From: Azolla caroliniana
Lineage: Eukaryota; Plantae; Polypodiophyta
Assembly: GCA_043228905.1 (NCBI GenBank)
Contig: JBHGNT010000004.1
Location: forward strand, 3,348,001 to 3,412,000
Direction: 5' to 3'
Length of the DNA: 64,000 nucleotides
The translations under genes were made by a program, and so were the position numbers. The notes beneath the pieces were generated by a model. It was not told the origin of the DNA. It ran no database searches and was given only the letters and a program-made list of their open reading frames with translations. Positions 61,001 through 64,000 of the stretch are shown here, piece by piece; the stretch's first letter is position 1, and each line of letters begins with the position of its first letter.

Positions 61001-63426
61001 AAGGGACCGGTTAGCACTCGAAGATCCGGCCGAAGACGGTGAAGAAACAGAACCGGCCGAAGAAGATGAAAATGATACCGGAACCGGCCCCGATCCCGAA
61101 ATGGATTCGGATGAAGAAGAATCGGAAGAACCGGTTACCGAAGCTCCGGAACGGAGATATCCTCTAAGAGAGAGAAGGGCCCCCCGGAGATTTCCGGAAC
61201 CAGAGCACGTGCTGCTAACCGACGAGGGGGAGCCGGAGAGTTTTGAAGAAGCAAAGCTTGACACCCATAGCCGCAGGTGGTTAAGTTCCATGCAGGAGGA
61301 GATGGATTCCCTGCATGAGAACCACACATATGAACTTGTGGAGTTGCCGAAAGGAAAGCGGGCACTGCGAAACAAGTGGGTGTTCAAGCTGAAACCGGGA
61401 GATGCCGGAAACCCCCCGAGATACAAAGCCAGGATCGTGGTGAAGGGGTTCCAGCAGAAGAAGGGCGTCGACTTCGATGAGATATTTGCCCCGGTAGTGA
61501 AGATGACCTCCATCCGGACGGTGCTGAGCATAGCGGCAAGCATGGACCTTGAGGTAGAACAGATGGACGTGAAGACGGCATTCCTTCACGCTGACCTCGA
61601 AGAAGAGATCTACATGCAGCAACCGGAAGGATTCGAGAAGAAAGGGAAGGAGCACCTGGTATGCCGGTTGAAGAAGAGCCTTTACGGACTGAAGCAGGCT
61701 CCCCGGCAATGGTACCGGAAGTTCGACTCCTTCATGACCGACGAAGGGTACCACAAAACGCAGTCCGATCACTGCGTGTTTGTGAAGAAGTTCGAAGGAG
61801 GAGACTTTCTAATACTCCTCCTGTACGTGGACGACATGTTGATCGTCAGACGGGACCAGGTCAAGATACGGATGCTGAAGAAAGCACTTCACCGAACCTT
61901 CTCAATGAAGGACCTGGGTCCGGCGAGGCAAATACTAGGGATGCACATCATCCGGGACCGGAGCAAGAAGCAGTTGTGGCTGTCACAGGAGAAGTACGTG
62001 ACAAAGGTGCTTAAACGGTTCAACATGTCGGAAGCAAGGCCGGTCGGATCGACCCTCCCGGCAAACTGCAAGCTGTCCAGCAAGCAAAGCCCCAAGACAA
62101 AGGCTGAAAAGGAGGATATGATGAAAGTGCCGTATGCCTCAGCCGTCGGGAGCTTGATGTACGCCATGGTGTGTACGAGACCGGACATAGGATATGCAGT
62201 CGGAGTGGTGAGCCGGTACATGAGCAATCCCGGCAAAGAGCATTGGAACGCGGCTAAGTGGATACTCCGATACCTGAAGGGCACGGCAAACGTGTGCCTC
62301 CGATTCGGCTCCAGTAAGCCCGAACTCGACGGTTTCACCGATTCGGATATGTCGGCTGATGCAGATACCAGCCGGTCCACATCAGGGTATGTGATGACGT
62401 ATGCAGGGGGAGCTGTTTCATGGCAGTCGAGGCTGTAGAAGACGGTTGCGTTGTCAACCACGGAGGCGGAGTACATGGCGGCTGTTGAAGCCGGCAAGGA
62501 AATAATATGGATGAAGGACTTCATTAGAGAGCTCGGTATCCGGCAGGAGGAGTACCGGCTCTACTGCGATAGTCAGAGTGCCATCCACCTTGCGAAGAAC
62601 GCGGCCTACCATTCCCGGACGAAACACATCCAGCGTAGATACCACTGGATCCGGGAAAGGATAGAAGACAAGGAGTTCGCACTGACGAAGATCCACACGG
62701 ACGAGAACGGGTCGGATATGCTGACCAAAGTGCTCACACCCGACAAGCTGGAAGTATGCCGGAAGAGGATCGGATTGGAGAGACATCCCATGCCGAAGTG
62801 AAGGGGGAGTTTGTTGGGTTCTCGGTCCCTCCGGATGGGATGTCCGGAGATGAATGACGGCAAGCCCGGTTGCGGTTACGGATCCGGATGACGAAGACCC
62901 CGGCTACGGAGCCGGATGCTGAAGACCCCGGCTACGGAGCCGGATGCTGAAGACCCTGGCTACGGAGCCGGATGACGAATGTACCCGGAGAGAGATCCGG
63001 ATGCGGGGACATATTTGTGAATATGTTTGCCAAGGGCCCTTGAGGCTATATTTGTAAATAGCCCGAAAGTCATATGTGTATAAATATGACTTAGGGCAAA
63101 CAGTTTTATGTTGTTGCTCATTTTATGTTTTCAGCCGAGGGAGCGAAGTGAGAGCAGCCGAGAGAGAAAGAGAGAGAAAGGAAGAGGTCGACGCCTCTGT
63201 GTATTGCCGCCACCTGTGGCGAAGACAGTGAGCTCAAGGTTGTTGCCTTGTAGCTTCACCATTGTACATCTCTGTTTATAGTGATAGTTGGAGTTTGAGG
63301 ACTCCCGTGGTTTTTTTTTATTTAGGGTTTTTCCACGTAAAACATCCTGTGTACCTTTCTCTCTGTTGTCTTCGTGTATTTTGTATTTCCTGTTTTCTGT
63401 GAGTTGATCCTATTCCTCGGTTGTGG
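58091..63426 (+). mobile_element. Ty1/copia retrotransposon (Tnt1/Tork-like), 3' LTR truncated
   Basis: 5' LTR 58091-58696; PBS tRNA-iMet TGGTATCAGAGC at 58700-58711; PPT GAAGGGGGAG at 62800-62809; 3' LTR 62812-63426. Confidence 0.95.
58728..62801 (+). pseudogene. Copia polyprotein (Gag-PR-INT-RT-RH) with one premature stop
   Basis: WVVDSGAS, LWHKRLCH, LVHTDVC, YVDD and DSDMSAD motifs. TAG at 62436-62438 in WQSRL*KTVALS. The knuckle's last Cys is replaced by Phe. Confidence 0.93.
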
Positions 63427-63928
63427 ATCAGTACGACACCCGAGGAGGGCCATGAAATCGGTTCGGCTGACCGATAGGAGAAAGAAAAGGGGAAGTTCTC
63501 AAGCTTCCGATTGAGCTCAAAAATAGAAAAGTCGGCGGACCTACGGAGGGTCACAGATGAACGAATCCTCGACAGTCATGTGAAACTCTCATTACGGGAG
63601 GTGTTGGGCATGGCGAAGAAAGAATTACACGATTCCATCATCGACCTCGTAAAAAGGAAGCGGTTCTTGACTGAACCTGAAAGAGGGGACCAGTCGAAGA
63701 AAAGGCGGCCCACATCAACAAGGTAGCGATGGAAGAAGAGCTTTCGGATAGCCATTATATGAAGCCACATTGGGCAAGGGCTACGATGGAGACCCCGGTC
63801 AGAATCGGGGATGTAAAGGAGTCGGCGGTGGAGTTGATCGACCATGGATCGAAGATTAATTTAATGTCCATGGACTTTACAAGAAAGGGAAGTGGCCAAT
63901 CAACACGAAGCATGGGTGGAAGGTACAT

Positions 63929-64000
63929 TGTTGTGAAGATTTCCGGCAACAATGAGAAAATCAAGTACAAGGGATATGCAAATGACTTGCACATGCACAT
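63929..64000 (+). mobile_element. Start of another Trp-group LTR inserted in the protease of G
   Basis: TGTTGTGAAGATTTCCGGCAAC resembles the LTR start at 54844; it interrupts KHGWKV; left flank ACAT. Confidence 0.65.

Larger units (their letters stand above)
56377..63928 (+). mobile_element. Element G: degenerate Trp-group gypsy (5' LTR, PBS, gag-PR remnants), host of the copia element
   Basis: LTR 56377-57237 with left flank GCGG; PBS TGGTGAACCCGACGTGA at 57242-57258; gag remnants at 57281-58090 and 63427-63928. Confidence 0.85.

Noticed and set aside
62436-62438. Programmed stop-codon readthrough in the copia ORF
   Set aside because: It lies inside RNase H at a normally conserved Gln; a CAG>TAG mutation is simpler.

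Overview
Eukaryotic, almost certainly land-plant DNA (plant tRNA primer sites, CG/CHG deamination; a non-seed plant is my guess). It is a dense nest of transposable elements and I see no host gene. (1) A 10.4-kb Sola2-like TIR DNA transposon (1267-11653, 4-bp TSD GTAG) carries a spliced DDD transposase, an intact 5-exon RING-finger cargo gene and a broken FCP1/NIF-like phosphatase. (2) About eight Ty3/gypsy elements or solo LTRs belong to a tRNA-Trp-primed group with TGTCG...CGACA ends. Their 4-bp target sites are centred on CpG, and they appear to use a -1 frameshift between protease and RT. One copy (24450-31613) is apparently intact. (3) Two related tRNA-Arg-primed gypsy elements (A 20605-48008; B 36891-47093, nested in A) carry a >1000-aa extra ORF and no polypurine tract. 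In its place is a sense copy of a tRNA-Arg 3' end (...TCCCACGGGCGTGCCA) ending 2 nt before the 3' LTR, in effect a second, inverted primer-binding site. This is the most unusual signal. (4) A decayed LINE and a young Ty1/copia element. All coordinates were read by eye. tRNA sequences and superfamily motifs are recalled from general knowledge, not searched.
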